Part shown: positions 13,701-27,219 of the stretch, piece after piece
Layout: each line of letters begins with the position of its first letter
Numbering within the stretch: the first letter of the stretch is position 1
From: Bugula neritina
Lineage: Eukaryota; Animalia; Bryozoa
Length of the DNA stretch: 64,000 nucleotides
Reading direction: 5' to 3'
NCBI GenBank assembly: GCA_964035545.1
Contig: OZ037767.1
Span: 22,460,628 to 22,524,627 of the forward strand
Position numbers and translations under genes: made by a program
Notes under the pieces: model-generated
Seen by the model: the letters and a program-made list of their open reading frames with translations, nothing else
Told to the model about the DNA's origin: nothing
The model's database searches: none

Positions 13701-16700
13701 ACCACAAGACTAGAGATTGACTCACAGGGTTTGACTGGTGGTGGGGATTGTCTGCACTGTGAAGGATGAGGTTGGCTTTCCAGAGACAGCATCTGCAGTC
13801 GACAAATCGGAGAGAGACTTGGCAGTGAGCAGATTGCTGCCGTTAACAGAGCTTGAGACAGCATCGTCAGGCAAAAGGTAGACTACCGTCTGCTCCTTAC
13901 CATTCTCATCTACCTGTCAAACAGCATATATATATGCATTTCCATCACTTGAGGTCAGCATAGAGCAGAGACTCCAAATGTTGCAGTTTTGGTTTTGAGG
14001 TGTAAATAGCACAGCATTCATACTGCATATACATAGCTCCTTCAGAAGACTAAACTATACATAACTTTACCAAGCAAGACTTCCCAGCTACCAAATAAAC
14101 AGGGGGGAGCAGATATAATAATATACAAAAGGCAACGATATAAGATATAGATTTTGTTGATATGACTGATTGAACTGTACTGGGAATACGCCGTGTAAGA
14201 TGTTTGTGTTTAATAAAAATACTGAAGCAGAGCAACAAATATAAACATGTATTTTTATTAAAAAAATTGAGAGCACAACTTCTGACTAGATTGTGAGATT
14301 CATGTGACGGCTGATAACTCAACAAAATTCATAAACCTTTCACGATGAAAAAGGATAACTTAATTTGCAAGAGATACATCTTACTTCGATTTGCTGAGTG
14401 AGTTTGAGTGAGGAAGAAATTTGAGTAGCCATAGTAGGAGGGGCGGGATTGACGTCCGCGGCCTCTTTGGAACTCTCTGCCAAAAAAGACTCCAGCAAGG
14501 CTTGTGTCACTGCATCATCACCAGCTAACATTACACCCACCTAATAAATAGCATGTAAGCCTGTGAACCTTCAACAAACTATTTCACAATGGTTGAATTT
14601 TCTTTTTGTTTGGAATCAACTGTTGCGTCTTTCAATACAAATTGTTTTTCATAGTTTCTACAAAAAGTTTGAAAACTGGGTTTCTAGAAATAAAAGCTAC
14701 ATCAAAGAGCTGTTTGCACTGATGAGCATTTCATGAGTAGATGTACACATTTACTCACACTAGAATGATCGTTAACTTTAGTTTGCTGCATTGACTCTGA
14801 CGCTTCAGTTACACTAACGACATTTTCTTGAGCAAGCAAGCTGATCTGGCTGTCAGTGTCTGGAGGCAGTTCTGACACTTGGGAAGCCTCGGGTAGGTTC
14901 GAGAGTGCCAAGTTTTCAGTACTTTCATAAAGAGTTTCCGCCACGCTGTGGTTATTCTCTGGTAGATTGGATGTAGAGTTGACTTCTAGATACAACTTGT
15001 GTGATTGGTCGACACCATCATTATGTTGGTATGACAAAGCCTGTGGTTCAGCTATTTCCTGTTCATCATAACCCAGAATCTGAACTTGTTCAAAATTCTC
15101 ATTGTTGGTCACACTGGTTTGATTATTTTCATCATTAAATTGAGACATTTCACTTATGGGGTCCGATACTTGATCTTTAACATCAGACTGAGTCACTTTT
15201 AGAGATTGGTCAGAAATAGATACTATTTCACTGCTTTGACTATCAGTATACACTATAGAACCAGCAGTAGAAACAGATACTATTTGACTGATTTGACTAT
15301 CAGTATATACTACAGAATCAGCAGTAGAAGCAGATACTATTTGACTGATTTGACCATCAGTATACATTAAAGAATCAGCAGTAGAAACAGATACTATTTC
15401 ACTACTTTGACTATCAGTATACACTATAGAATCAGCTGTAGAAACAGGCTGGCACTGATTAGTTCTAGATGTTTCTTGGTCACTGACTGGTGGTGGAGAT
15501 GTCATAACTGATTGTGATTGACTAACTATTGACACTGTTTCACCACAGGACTCTGAAGTTTGAGCTGTTGATGGGGATGGACCAAGAATTGATAAAGGGT
15601 CACTGGTTTTTATAGGAGATTGAATAGCTAAGTGGGGCTGCGACACAACGTGCTCCACCAGGAGTTCAGAATTATGTGACAATTCAACAATTGCTGTGTA
15701 ATCAGGAGCTGTCACATCATGAGTATCTGTTGAATGCATGCATTCGCTGTTAGCCACTGACTGAGAATCAATCACAACCTCGCATTGGCTAGAGTAGAGC
15801 ACTTCCGATTGGTTGATATTGAGTGAATCTTGCCCTTCCATAGTTACCACTTTTTCTGTCGAGTGCAATTCCACTGTAGGGTGTTCAAGGACATTTGGAA
15901 TCTGTTCAGCTACGTAAGAAAACATATCAACATCTTAATTATATGGTTATATTACAAGAATTTCATTAATTTGTCATATCAGAAGCTATTTAATTTCAAA
16001 GATATCCTTAAGCCATCATCAAAACTTTTAATAAACATAGTACAAGCCAACGAGATAGATTACATGTTAAAGACATACCACCAGTAAACTTACAAACAAT
16101 GTCACTGGAGACAGGTGGCTGCTCAGTAGTTTTTGATAACCGCTTTCTCTTTGAAGGTAAAGCTACAGCTGGTGAGGTTGATTGTCGCTGTCGCTCTTTC
16201 TTCCTGTCTAGTGCTGACTGCTGTTCACTTTTCCAGAGTCTCATTTTCTCACTCACCTGTCGCTGCCTCCTACCCCGAGTTTCGCTGAGATTTCCATCAC
16301 TCGGTGCAGCTGGCTGATCGCCTGCCAAGATTTTCGGCTGAAAAGAATCGTAGGTTACGATACAGCAGAAATCTACTAAAGTGTGCTATTGGAACAGAAT
16401 TAGACATGGCGATTATAATTAAATAATTCTAAATATTTTTTGGAAGATTGTTAGAAATTGAAATACTAGAACCTTGAAATGCTTATAGTTATTTAAAAGC
16501 CAAAACTTTACATATATACTCGTTCAGTAAATATTACTACTCCACTTAAAGAAAATTATTGAAATATTTTTCACCAAAATAATTAAAAGCAGAAACGTTG
16601 ATTGTTTTTTATTGTATTTCAAGATCAGCAATAGTTGTTGCCTCCTACTCTCAGTGATGATAGCTTATTATAGACATTGGGCTGTGTTCGATTTAATGCC

Positions 16701-17155
16701 CTTTGATTTATATCCTCCCCCAAGTTTACACCCCAAAATCTGTCATAAAATGACAAAACACTGCGCCAACTGCCATTAAAAAATTTCATCAAAATAAACT
16801 CGAGCTACTGTGAGTCTATGCATGCATGAATGTACACGGTACGCCATAACAGTGCACAGAGAACGAATGTATCAACTTTCAGCTTTACTTTTTAGTGTTC
16901 CTAAACTATAAATTAACTGAACACTGACATGACAGTCAAACACTTATTTAATGACAATAAGATATTTCAAAGTAACCTGGAGGCTTGCAAAAACCTACCA
17001 GGTACAGTCATCAAAAGTTAACGTATTTTTACTGGAGAAAATTAAGGCTTTACTTTTGAGGGCCTTGAATCAGAATCCTTTCTCTGGATTGTATTTTGAC
17101 TTCTAGTGTTAGCACTCTTGAGGGCTTTTGAATTGGCTCTGCGTGTCCCGACCAT
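4792..17155 (-). CDS. Multi-exon C2H2 zinc-finger protein (about 19 coding exons, about 1,470 aa, about 10 fingers, long acidic Ser/Thr/Gln-rich regions)
   Basis: Phase-consistent GT-AG exon chain from MVGTRRANSK (17155) to TGA at 4792. Fingers include CQQCNYETDKYSFLIKHSKIH, CTFAGCNYSSKTISNLRRHLLSH, CPECHLKFKQKIHLEKHINYIH, CDFCDYVCANRIPDLKLHMKRKH, CDKCGFLAGSKQDLKQHFKFH, CQHCSFVTDAKSRLDRHLMIH, linker TREKPF, CSLCDYKASQKEHIKRHMRNWH, CTHC, CVVC and CALC. Orthology not assigned; start codon inferred. Confidence 0.88.
8138..8543. repeat. Intronic 19-bp minisatellite (AGTTGACAGGTGAGTGTAG), about 20 copies
   Basis: Directly visible. It begins about 10 nt inside the intron after the donor at 8554. 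Confidence 0.95.
8986..9160 (-). repeat. 21-bp tandem repeat (about 8 copies) straddling an exon-intron boundary
   Basis: Minus-strand unit GTGAGTGACATCAGTGA(A/G)CA(G/T). Confidence 0.92.
10095..10203. repeat. Intronic 20-bp tandem repeat (AGAGGTCACATGACCAGAAT), about 5.5 copies
   Basis: Directly visible. Each unit contains the near-palindrome GGTCACATGACC. Confidence 0.9.
10655..11117. mobile_element. Non-autonomous DNA transposon (MITE), about 460 bp
   Basis: 18-bp terminal inverted repeats (TIRs) TAAAGTTGCCTTTATACC and GGTATAAACGCAACTTTA with 1 mismatch. The interior is richer in CpG than the flanks. Superfamily uncertain. Confidence 0.7.
11218..11666 (-). repeat. Intronic 20-bp minisatellite (minus strand TATTGTACACAGAGTAAGTA), about 20 copies, starting at the exon end
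   Basis: Directly visible. The first unit overlaps the inferred donor CACAGA|GTAAGT at 11660/11659. Confidence 0.95.
12948..13334. mobile_element. Possible MITE with a nested 16-bp inverted repeat
   Basis: Outer TATGGGGTATTTTA and TAAAATTACCCCATA. Inner AAATATATATGTGCGG (~13138) and CCGCACATATATATTT (~13227). Confidence 0.45.
15218..15445 (-). repeat. Coding 60-bp tandem repeat (about 4 copies; VSTADSIVYTDSQSSEIVS-like 20-aa unit)
   Basis: Visible in the DNA and in ORF 14702..15925, inside the large exon of the zinc-finger gene. Confidence 0.9.
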
Positions 17156-19341
17156 AGTTGAGATGTTGAACCCACCTGCAACACACTAATTTGTCAAAAC
17201 ACAAAGTTTCAATTCAAATACAAACATCTGATAAACAAGTTGCACATTTAATAGAACGACTTTTATAACAAGAAGCACCATCTTCTGAAGAGAGTTTTCA
17301 TTAAATTCTGATTGATTCAAACTCATTATTGCAATCATAGTACTAGCTACTAAAAAGTAAATGTTGCCCATTGCTGTAAATTACTAGCACAAGAAAAATT
17401 TGTTAAGCCCTGCTTGAAAGTTCACATAGGATGCGGTAAATCTTGATTTTGACTATTAGGACATAGTAGATCAGAATCAATAATCTCCTTTAAAATACTC
17501 ATTATTTACTTTTGCCAACAACATGCGTTCTTCAATACAAAAACAAGTTTTTATGATACAAAAATTAAAGTTCTACCTTTAAATATTTTACCTCTTTCTT
17601 CAACATCAGCTCAGCCCATAAAATACAAGCCTTTTCTGACTCTATTGAAAGTCATGCTATCCTAAACAAAATACACCAACAGTACAGATACCATCATCAT
17701 CAGTACAGACACCAACAAGTGACAATTAGGAGATAAAATTTTAGACATAATTGTAGTTCAGCTATCAAACCAATTATAGTAATCATTGACAATTTTAATG
17801 AGGCAGTGGTTGAATAAAATGAAAATAATACCTCTGCTTCAGTTTGAAATTTACAGAAATTCTATTTGACTAAAATGTTAAGCAGAACACTATTATACAT
17901 TGGAGCATTGTTCAAAATTTAATGAAATATTGTCCAATAGAAGTTTTAGGTCATTGTCATTGTGAAATATTAATGAGCATGCATTAAACAAAATGAAAAA
18001 GTATGATTGACTAAGTCTAATGTTGTTCAATGTTAAAATATCCATTAGTTGAAGTTTATTACATAAACATATTCATAACTCTATGACTATAGTAATACTA
18101 ATAGTTTAAGTTATAGTACTACTACTAGTAGTAGTAGCACTCTAGTAGCCTCAGCTTCCCTAGAAGTAGATGCAAAATACAGCAAATTATTAAATAATTA
18201 TAACATTATAATTATTATTAAGTTTAATAATTAATAAATTATTATCAGAAATATTTACATGATAAATTTATAAACATAATCAGATAATGATAATCAGAAT
18301 GTTAATGAAAATTAAAATAATAATTATTATTAATATTATTATTATAATTATTAATCAAATTCAATTTCAGTTTCTTTTAATTTCTAAAAGTAAAAGTAAA
18401 TTAGACAGTTGAAGTTGTGATGAATACACATAGTGATAGCTAACCTAAACCAGAGTCTTAGAGGCAAACAATGTTTTGTATCCTGATAGGTGGTAATCTT
18501 TGGAAAGCTTTAGTTTTTACATTTAGACTTTTTGGTCTAAGAAACAGTCAAATTTGCCTATTCTGAAAGCTATTTGAGAACTTTGCTGTCAAAGAGCGGG
18601 TTTGCAATGCCGCAGAAAATTGCTCTATGACCGTAGAGTGTCGATGGTATGCCAACGTTTTGTATTCGTCGTAAAGCCATTGCGTTTTGTCGAAGTAAAG
18701 TTTGTATATAAAAGTGTATGCCAGATAATCATCGCTACCACAATTTCTATCTTTCTAAACGACAATAAACATCCGCACCCTGTTATCTTCATCAGCCATG
18801 ACTATGGTTGAAACAAAGAGATATATTATATTTAGCTTCATACACCACTCTGGCTTAAAGCGGATATTTAACTAACAAAGCTGCGGATAATTATATTGCT
18901 CGTAATAGTCATATTTAAAATTATAATTACGACTGTTGTTCTAGAAACTTATTTCCGATCATCATAATTCTTTCCAATAATTCTACCTGGCAATGATCAT
19001 GATGGGTGAAATATGTCAAGGGTGAAATACACATCATAAATACATTTCAATCTTCACTTATATTATCAAAATGATTGTCCTGGTGCAGTTGAAACTGCTT
19101 CAAACTTGTATATATAGTAGGCATATATTATGAGTAGAATATTTTGCAATATTACTCAACTAATGTTTTTTTTATTTGAATCAGCTTTATTACAAATAAA
19201 AGGCAGTGCATATTTATATACAGACTTATAAAAATTATTGAACAGTTTAACAGGCATGTTGTCTATATTTACATAAAACACACCATTTTCAAAATATCCA
19301 GACAAAGATAATAACAATTACAAGAAACATGCTGAAAAGTA

Positions 19342-22300
19342 TCAGGATTTGGAGTCGTCATCTCCTCCAGACTCCAAATACTCATCCCACTTTCTCAATC
19401 TTTCTGCTTCTTGCTCTGCGGTCTCTTTGACTTCATATTTTTCTTTACCATTCCAGTTGGAAGCCATTACTCTACGTCCTCCAAACCATCTACAGAAAAA
19501 ACAAAATCATTAGACTCTAAGTCACACGTAGTAATTGTTCAACAAATATCAAAGCAAACCATAGGGTTGTTTTTTGTGCAGTTGACTTCTAGTTTTTATT
19601 TTCAAACTGTCTGTTACCATAATGGCACATTATGACTGATAATCGGCCATGTGCAACTTCAAGATTCAAGCAATTAATTATATTTTATAGATTTATTTCA
19701 TTTAGTTTTCATATTCTTTTCAGTAGTAAAAAGCCTGATTTTTAAAATAGATTGAAATAAAAAAAGTATATGGTGAGGGGTAACAAATAACTTCTGAGCT
19801 ACAACACATTTTCATGCGAATTTATGAACATTTATGCTAATCTAGTTGCCAGATTGTCCAGTAAAAGAGCAACCATGTTGATATTTTATGGATTGTGACT
19901 ACACAAAGTGAGTTTAGTCAGCATAGCCTATGGATGGCTCATAAGGAGCTGCTGACCAACATAGGCTACTTGTGTGAGAGCTGCAAAAGATGTCTAAGAT
20001 ACATGACATGCCAGTCTAAATACAGATTATAATGTTTTACTAATATTCATGCATTGCTATGCATCATCTCAATTATGCACATTAGCATACGACTCCTACA
20101 TGTACAACATACAACAAACTGAGGGAATAAACTATATATAATAGTCTAACTTTGCTAGCTGTTTAAAACCATCTTTAACTTTGTAAAATTTTGGTTAGTG
20201 AGTAACATAAGTATGACTCATAGAAACAATGACTCACCGGTGATTTAATGAAGATATGCACAAATCAGCTTCTTCAAACTCTTTGAAAGTTACTGTGATG
20301 ACGCCTTCACTATTTCTCTATAAAATGGAAAAATAACAACATTCATTTAAACATTGATATGTGTGCGATAAAAAACATATATCTACCTCCTAAAATAACT
20401 TTCTATAGCATTGTTTAGATTTCATGGAACAGCCAAACCAATATTTCATATTATATGTCATAGTAGACACAACTCCTAATTAGAAATTGAGTATTAAGAC
20501 CAAGGCACTGGCAATAGTATAACAATTTACAAGCAAGAACAATTCAAATTAAGGAAACATCTATCCCCTAAGGCTTAAAACATGATTCACACAGTGGACA
20601 AAACTCTCCCCCCCCCCAGGCTCTCCTGTGCTAATACTAACATCGTATATAGTTATCTTCTTTATTTCTCCATATTTGCTGCACTCCTGTCTCATGTCCG
20701 CTCGAACTTCCTGAATAGCTGCAGGATTTTTCTAAAACAAACAACTTATTCACATAATCACCTAAATCACCGAAGTAAAAAAAGCACAACACTTCTGTAC
20801 CACTAGCCACAACACATCAAACTAGCGTCATAATAACTAAACCAATGCTAGTAATACTAACATCAAATTCAGCTGGATCGAATAAGTTTTTGAGTACGAC
20901 TGTCTTTTCTGAAACATGTCTTTCATCGGGAAGTTTATCTGGCCTCCAGTCCAACAATCTAAAATTATACTTTGTAGTTGTTACATTGCAAATAATGAAT
21001 CTTAGCCTTATATAGATGCGTTCACAGCTAAGACACAATTACAGAAGCTTCAAGTACCTGTAATAACTAATATTGCCAATTAGTTTCACTAAATACTGAC
21101 AACTCTACTCGCGGCACAAGACTACAGGTATAATAGGTGGACACTAGCTTGTATATTTCAACTCTTGCTAAATAGATGTGTAAAAACATTAATTGAAGAC
21201 ATATACTTTGCCTGCTTCTCTTTCTCCCGCCTTTTAGCTTTGTTATTCTTTGGCTTCCGTCTCAACTTAGGATCAAAGTCTCCTTTTAACTTAAACTCGG
21301 CCAGTTGAACTTCCATTTTGCTTCCTCTGAGTGTAGATTCGTCTATTAGCTGCATAGCCAGGTCTACCGATTCCCTCTACAGTGAATTGTATAACAAAAC
21401 TCATTGCCATGTTGTAGTATTACACTGAATACATGCCATGTATATGTAACATATGTCATATCACACGGAACATAAAAGGCTATGTATGAATGGCATTTGA
21501 TTTATCATAAAATATGAAATATAATGTCCTATTAGATATATTATAATATGGCAACTATGACTTTAGGACTTGAATGCTATATTAGGATATTACAACTTGA
21601 ACAGTTACTTGCAAGCATTCTTACACCATCCTACAGCTGTTTTAAGAGGTAAAAAGCGTGGAACTGTTGTCGGTGAGATGCCACGTGCTGTTCACATCAG
21701 ACACTTCATGAGCAAGTTACTAACTGTTATGTCAAGATACAAATGATTTCCAGAACATTTGAATTTGGATAATAACTACTTATTTACTAATAAGGAAAAA
21801 AATGTATTTTTCATCAACCAGTGGTATGGTAGGTGTCTTATAACTGAGAAAGTTGGACAGTAGAAGAGTTAGAGTTTATCAAAAGGACGTTTGATAATCA
21901 ATTGAAACTTTAATGTAAGTAAACAATTCATACCTTAATGTAAGTACAAAGCCCATCTCCCTTTGTCTGTCCTGTTTTTTTGTCGGTGTACAACTTCAGT
22001 TTCAGTTTCTTCTTATCGTAATCATACGCAATGATGCCGCATTTAGACATCATATCTTTAAATTCATCCTCTGTGATGTCATCAGGTAGACCTTGCACAT
22101 ACACTGATGTGTTGTGCTCCTCAGTCTGCTCAAACCAAGCTACAACATCATAAAGTGACTACTTTTACAGCAAAGATCTTCTAGAGATACCATACTCCCA
22201 ACAATGAACCGACAATAAATCTACAATTTAGAATCATAATATGAAAATAGTCAATTTTTCCAGGTATAAATATTGCAACATAGTATGCATACTTGGTTCT

Positions 22301-24789
22301 GGTTTCTTCTTCTTAGTGGGGGGCTCTTTAGTCTTCCCCTCCTCTTCTTTTTGGCTCTCGCTACTATTTTCTGCACCTGATGACTGAGACGTCATGTTCG
22401 AAGCCCACTCCTTGTACTTCTCATCTGTTTCATCTGGATCCACTCCGTACAGCTGTTTGTAGTACCACTTGGGGTATGCAGGGTCACCAACTGCTGGGGC
22501 ATCTTCTGCACTGTCTACAGAATAACACATGCACTTGAACACAGCAGCTGGACTGCAGTCATCATATAGACATGGTGATTATGACATCTATGAGAAATAA
22601 GCTTTTCATGTATTGGCTAGAGTACCGGCAGCGGTCAGTGGTTCGAGTCTGGAAGACCTGCAGTGATGATATGAAGAGCATCAAGTAATAATTGCTCCTG
22701 CGCCATATATGAATATGTCTTTAACTCGCTTTAAAAAACCCTTTCCATTAAGGATTCTCACAGGGATAGGCAATTAACCTGTGTGAGTTTTTTTTCAGCT
22801 AGCTTACATGAAAGCAATTTGTTATTGATTTCACCAACTGTTAAACTGCTCGAAAAACCAGTTTTTACAACTTATAGAATCAATAAAATAAATTCAAAAG
22901 CCGTTAGCTTTAAAAATATTTTAACTTTGAATTTTGAAAATAAAACTTATGATAGTTAGGGGCTGCAAGACTTACCTACAACTACTTTCAAAGATTGAAA
23001 ATATAATTCTCTATGTCTTAATTACTAGAAGCTGTTGATATTCTGCTTGACTGTCAAAGGATAACAACTCCAACAACTTTAAATCAAGATTAATAACGTT
23101 TATCCAACTGCTATAAATTTGCAAATCAGCATTCTAACCTGGCTGAGACACCATATTGGCAGCCCACTCCTTGTACTTCTCATCTGTTTCATCTGGATCC
23201 ACTCCGTACAGCTGTTTGTAGTACCACTTGGGGTAGGCAGGGTCACCAACTCCTGGGGCATCTGTAACAACTGCAGTGACTATAGGCCAATTGCATCACG
23301 AAGCAGACGACTAGATTTCTTTGTCTTACAACTTGTGATTACAGTAAGAACAAAGTTTTTGATAAAGCAATCTGTAAACAATCCTAATTTGGACTGTTAT
23401 TTCTTTACTTTTGAGGAAAACACAAACTGAATTAAAAATAAATAAACGAGAAACATTTCATTATTACTTTATTTATAGGTAAATAACGCAGTCTCCTTTG
23501 CTTAAATTCGAGAAATTAGTAACAAAATGTTTCTCATTTTTCAGTTTTAATGAAATTACTAGCTAGTAAGGATATATTCAGATAAAAGAATGGTCATTTT
23601 TAGCTACAGATTATATGGTAAGGAACATGATATTTTGATAATGGAGTTGGAACCCTTGCAGTACAAACTTTCAACAGTGCCTCGAAGTCTAAACCCCACC
23701 AATGCACTTTGTTTACTTACCCCTCCCAGTCTGAATGTAGCTAAAAGGAATTGTCAAAAATATTGCCCAGCTATAATAAGCTTGTCCACAAGCTGCAGCA
23801 GCTCACATTCTGCTTTTTAGAGTTGATCTGATAGTAGATAAGGCGAGTTTTACACTCCACAAGAAAAAATTGGTGTAAGTAATCAAATCCACCACCAGCC
23901 TGCTATTTTTTTAATATTTAATCAAAAACCAATATAAAATCAACAAAACAGAAGCTTGAAAAATGCAAATACAATTTAGAATAGGATGAGACCAGAAGTT
24001 ACTAACCAGTGTTATCTGACGCCACGGCAGCTCCATTATAGTATGAATACCATGCTGCGTAGTTGGAGTCATCACATTTGTCTGAGTTGTTCTGCTCTCC
24101 CTTCTTAGGTTCCACACTCAGAGGGTTGTTACCATAGTTCATTTGGTACTGAGCAATGAAATCTTCATTTATCTGCAACATATTTTTTCTCAAATTCATA
24201 CGATCTAAATTGATTGAATTCTGTTACATTTCATGAAAGCCGTTGGATTGTTTGACATTTGCAAAATGTAGTTGACACGAAGATATTATGAATTGGAAAA
24301 CCAGAAGATATTACAGGAGGCAAAAGTATCTGTGAATGCAGTATGCCAGATTGGACGCTATTTCAACTGTACTTTGGACAAATTTGTATTACATTTTGAA
24401 AAATATTATGTATTTGTTTGATTGACACAACACTTTCCTGGTTATAACCAACACGTCTCCAACTTTTTAATAGTAAAACAGTGCCAGGTCACAAAAGTAA
24501 AAAAATTAACTTTGATTATATAGCGATAATGAAATTAAACTAATTTAACTATATCTATAACCAAGCCAATTTCTGAAACTAGGTTCAGTACTGGAGCATA
24601 TAAAAAACAAATATTTTAGTTCACCTTTGGAAACCACGCCTTTTGCTTTGCATCCCACTCAAATTCTGTCCCATCTTCATCTATCCTAACTCTACCATCT
24701 TCAATAATTTCACTCAACTCGCTAGTTTTAGAAGCTTCTAACTTCTCTAGACGAATCTGCTCCTCAAACTCTTCTTCGTCGTCGGACAT
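19342..24789 (-). CDS. HTATSF1: HIV Tat-specific factor 1 homolog (Tat-SF1/Cus2, U2 snRNP factor; RRM plus UHM). Exons 24789-24625, 24172-24007, 23261-23139, 22514-22293, 22139-21934, 21376-21207, 20958-20862, 20731-20642, 20317-20238, 19489-19342
   Basis: Motifs EWDAKQKAWFPK|INEDFIAQYQMNYG, WFEQTEEHNTSVYVQGLPDDITEDEF, KGDGLCTYIK|RESVDLAMQLIDE, LLDWRP, VVLKNLFDP, RWFGGRRV and ERLRKWDEYL match HTATSF1. All splice phases are consistent. Confidence 0.95.
22612..22705 (+). mobile_element. tRNA-derived SINE fragment
   Basis: B-box GGTTCGAGTC at ~22650, followed by GTGATGATATGAAGAGCATC..AATTGCTCCTG, similar to the copies at 49.0-49.5 kb. Confidence 0.55.
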
Positions 24790-27087
24790 CTTTTATAACA
24801 TCTAAATAGTTCACTATCTATAGAAGAGGCAAGTTATTATATTATAATTCTATAGCCATAGAAATAGCATTGAATCATAATTCCTCTTAGCTGGTTCGTT
24901 GCTAAGGCTTGTACACACTTTTATCAAAAATTTAACTGCCAAAAAGAACCTAAGCAATTAAAAAACATTGATGCTGTACAAGCCTAATAACAGGGATGGA
25001 AACTATAGTTTACCACATCCGATTACCATGCAATAGCTTTCAACAAATCAAACTAGACACCCACTTATAAACTGGGTAATGTTATCCCTTGAACAGACGA
25101 GATGAGCTATTTTGGTATCACACTCCAGCAAGTTCTGAACGTCCAGGCATTCCTCAAAAAACCAGCAAAGCACCCAAAATTACAAAAGTTGAATTTTGGC
25201 ATACACTAGACTGTGTCCACTAATACTAGAGGATGGTGAAACTTTGTGGATCACAGAAGCAAAAAGAGCATTGAATCCATCAAAAGTATTCAGAAAGTAG
25301 TTGTCCACTCTATAAGTAACATCAAAGAACAAAAAAGTGTCACCTAAGCCAGAAATCTTCTCAAAATTACACTGCTAGAATCCAGGAGACAAAATCACCT
25401 GATGACATTACTACACAAAATTCTAGAAATGAAACTTGCAATAATACTCCATCTTCTTGTTATAAAGTTAAACAACTGGTCAAACACGACTATGACCTTT
25501 AGAGCTGTGAGCAGAGGACGGTTGACACACATAAATATCTGCAAAGACTAATTTTTACCACAGCAGTTTTCTTCCTACAACAATATGAAACTTTAAAGTT
25601 ACAACAAGCAAGTAATTTGCTAATCAAGTTTTACCATCATATCCACCGTAAAACACTGTTGATGCTATAAACAAGGCATTCAACTTGCACAGCTTGTAAT
25701 AACTAGTTATAGTTTATATTTTATATTCCATGGAGTGAGCAACACCTAATTGATAAATTCAGAATTGTATATCTAAGACTAATCAGTAATCACTAATCCC
25801 ATTTTGAATTACTCATTAGTAATCGTTATTTCAATACTAATCAACAGTAATGATTATCATAATCATTATCATTATGGCAGTTGTAATTCTAAAACTATTA
25901 AGGATAATCATAATGGGACTCATAATTATTATCAAATTTAATTTTAATATTATAATTTAATAAAACCAAAATTAATTTCTAATAATTAAAAATAATAAAA
26001 TATACTTATAGTTATACCATTACCTGTAGTATAGTAATACTAATGTTATTAGTATTACTATACTTATACTATAAGTATAAGTACATTTTAATATTTTTTA
26101 ATATAATAACAATACTCAATAGTGATATAATAAAAAATTGCAATAGTATCATTATTAAATTTATTTGTTACACTTGCAGTTAGAATTACTATTACTCTTA
26201 GTGACTGTGAGTTACTCATTGTCATTTTGATAAATAAGATTAAGTGATGATACTGATAGTCATACTTATAGTGATAGTCATAGTAATACTTATACTCATA
26301 GTCATACTGATACTCATACTGTAACTCACGGTGACTCAAGTTTTAGTTACTGCTACTGTTAGTATTCCAAAATAAAACTTCTTCAAGTCTGTTACTGTAA
26401 GTGTAGGAGTCAGGGGTAGCCTAGCCCTATGCTAATAGTAATGGCAACCGCAATGCTCATGTTGACTAACTCTTAGTCTTACTCTTAAGACTTGCTTAAC
26501 CAAGTCCAACTTATATACAAAAAACTACACAAGCATACTACAACAACTACAAGCACACTCAGTTTCACACTCACAGGGATAATTGTTGAGTATAACTATA
26601 AGTATAACATTGACTATATAAGTTTATACAGTCTGAATCATTATCAAAATAACATGAGAATAAAATATATCATCCCAACGATTACATATTTAATTGTAAA
26701 TTATTCTTTAAAACCAGCGCGATCTATGAGCGTTAACCATTTGTTAAAAACGGGCTCGCGTAAAATAAAAAATATATAACAGCAAAGCCCGTTTTTGTTT
26801 TTATCAAGAAAGGAAGGTAGCTCTGAATGGCATCAACTGCAGCAATGAATATGGGTTTGCATTCACGTTTGTATTAGTTTATAAAGTGTGTGAATGCATA
26901 ACACGTCACGAAAACATTACGCTGCTTTATTTTGGATAACATAACTCTTTAGTTGCGCAGGCTAAACCTAGAAAACAGTGTCATTCTTAAATGTCTATTC
27001 GGGTCCAGTCTTGAGCTAACGAAGTTCGGACTATAAAAACATCACCCAAGTCTCTTGGCTATGACCGATAAATGTATATTGTTCTAT

Positions 27088-27219
27088 AAGCAGCTTTGAG
27101 TTGGGGGTGAATAAAATTGTAGCTCTTGAGGGTAAAAGTGGGGGTTTGAGCAACACCAAGTCCAGACTAAAGAGCTACAAACTACTGCACTCATTCACTC
27201 CCCAACTCGGAGCTGCTTT
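27088..27219. repeat. Imperfect inverted repeat (about 26-bp arms), small MITE-like hairpin between HTATSF1 and importin alpha
   Basis: AAGCAGCTTTGAGTTGGGGGTGAAT versus the reverse complement of ATTCACTCCCCAACTCGGAGCTGCTT. Confidence 0.7.

Noticed and set aside
26088-26339. Tyr-rich ORF (YEYQYDYEY...)
   Set aside because: It arises from the hexamer-periodic low-complexity tract, with no splice or homology support.
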